From: an uncultured Alphaproteobacteria bacterium
Lineage (GTDB): Bacteria; Pseudomonadota; Alphaproteobacteria; ATCC43930; CGMCC-115725
Length of the DNA: 64,000 nt
Reading direction: 5' to 3'
NCBI GenBank assembly: GCA_963851285.1
Contig: CAWKOL010000003.1
Span: forward strand, 16,093 to 80,092
Below, in pieces: positions 63,771 to 64,000 of the stretch (position 1 is the stretch's first letter; every line of letters begins with the position of its first letter). Under the pieces are notes generated by a model. The model was not told the DNA's origin and made no database searches. It saw only the letters and a list, made by a program, of their open reading frames with translations. The translations under genes and the position numbers were made by a program.

Positions 63771-64000
63771 ATGGCGCTGACGACACAAACGATGACCGAC
63801 GAGCAGCGCAAGTCGGTCGTGCTCGAATATCTCAAGGCCTTCGACAATGGCGGCACGACCTCGACCGGCGGCTCGATCCTCGATCTGTTCGCCAGCGACG
63901 CCCAGGTCTATTTCCCGAAATGGGGCTTGGCCAACGGCAAGGCGGAAATCGAAAAACTGTTCACCGAGGTTGGCGGCACCATCAAGTCGATCCTCCATCA
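63771..64000 (+). CDS. NTF2/SnoaL-like protein, 3' end beyond window
   Basis: ATG at 63771, 4 nt after GGAGGA. MALTTQTMTDEQRKSVVLEYLKAFDNGGTTSTGGSILDLFASDAQVYFPKWGLANGKAEIEKLF..., an N-terminus typical of SnoaL-like folds. The open frame runs off the window. Confidence 0.55.
   Translation, partial: MALTTQTMTDEQRKSVVLEYLKAFDNGGTTSTGGSILDLFASDAQVYFPKWGLANGKAEIEKLFTEVGGTIKSILH

Overview
High-GC (about 63-66% by eye) alphaproteobacterial chromosome segment, with Hyphomicrobiales-like gene order and protein sequences.

Layout:
- 1-22.8 kb, all minus strand: the translation/transcription core. It holds the distal S10 operon (rpsQ' rpmC rplP rpsC rplV rpsS rplB rplW rplD rplC rpsJ), tuf copy 1, fusA, rpsG and rpsL. 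A plus-strand amidase follows, then rpoC, rpoB, rplL, rplJ, rplA, rplK, nusG and secE.
- 22.8-28.5 kb: a ~5.8 kb lineage-specific insert between secE and tRNA-Trp. It carries an ICMT-like methyltransferase, an Fsr-type MFS, two small helical ORFs, a nitrobindin-like protein, a lipoprotein and a sulfotransferase.
- 28.5-31.0 kb: an SDR, tuf copy 2, tRNA-Gly and tRNA-Tyr.
- 31.2-37 kb: lipid A/Kdo cluster (msbA-like, DUF374, waaA, lpxK, late acyltransferase).
- 37-64 kb: accessory metabolism.
  - alpha/beta hydrolase + P450 + TRIC channel, and FAD monooxygenase + DUF72.
  - Two GT4 paralogs, one paired with a GDE-type glucosidase; a PRC-barrel protein and an MFS.
  - A tight operon of two Tat-signal NAD(P) oxidoreductases around a TLC/NTT-like transporter.
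  - An LLM oxidoreductase, a PheA/TfdB-type monooxygenase, tRNA(CAT) and an ABC exporter.
  - Three family-5 solute-binding paralogs around tRNA-Arg.
  - An SDR-GST-GST cluster that I recognise as ligD/ligE/ligF-like (beta-etherase pathway).

No rRNA, CRISPR array, transposase, integrase or recognisable defence system was seen.

Major caveat: the sequence as given has on the order of 70 single-nucleotide frame disruptions, mostly +1 insertions next to G/C runs. They hit essential single-copy genes (rpoB, rpoC, both tuf copies, rplA/J/K, nusG). I interpret them as sequence or assembly errors. Such genes are typed 'pseudogene' only in the formal sense and are reported as full-length reconstructions.

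All family assignments come from motif recognition by eye, not from searches.
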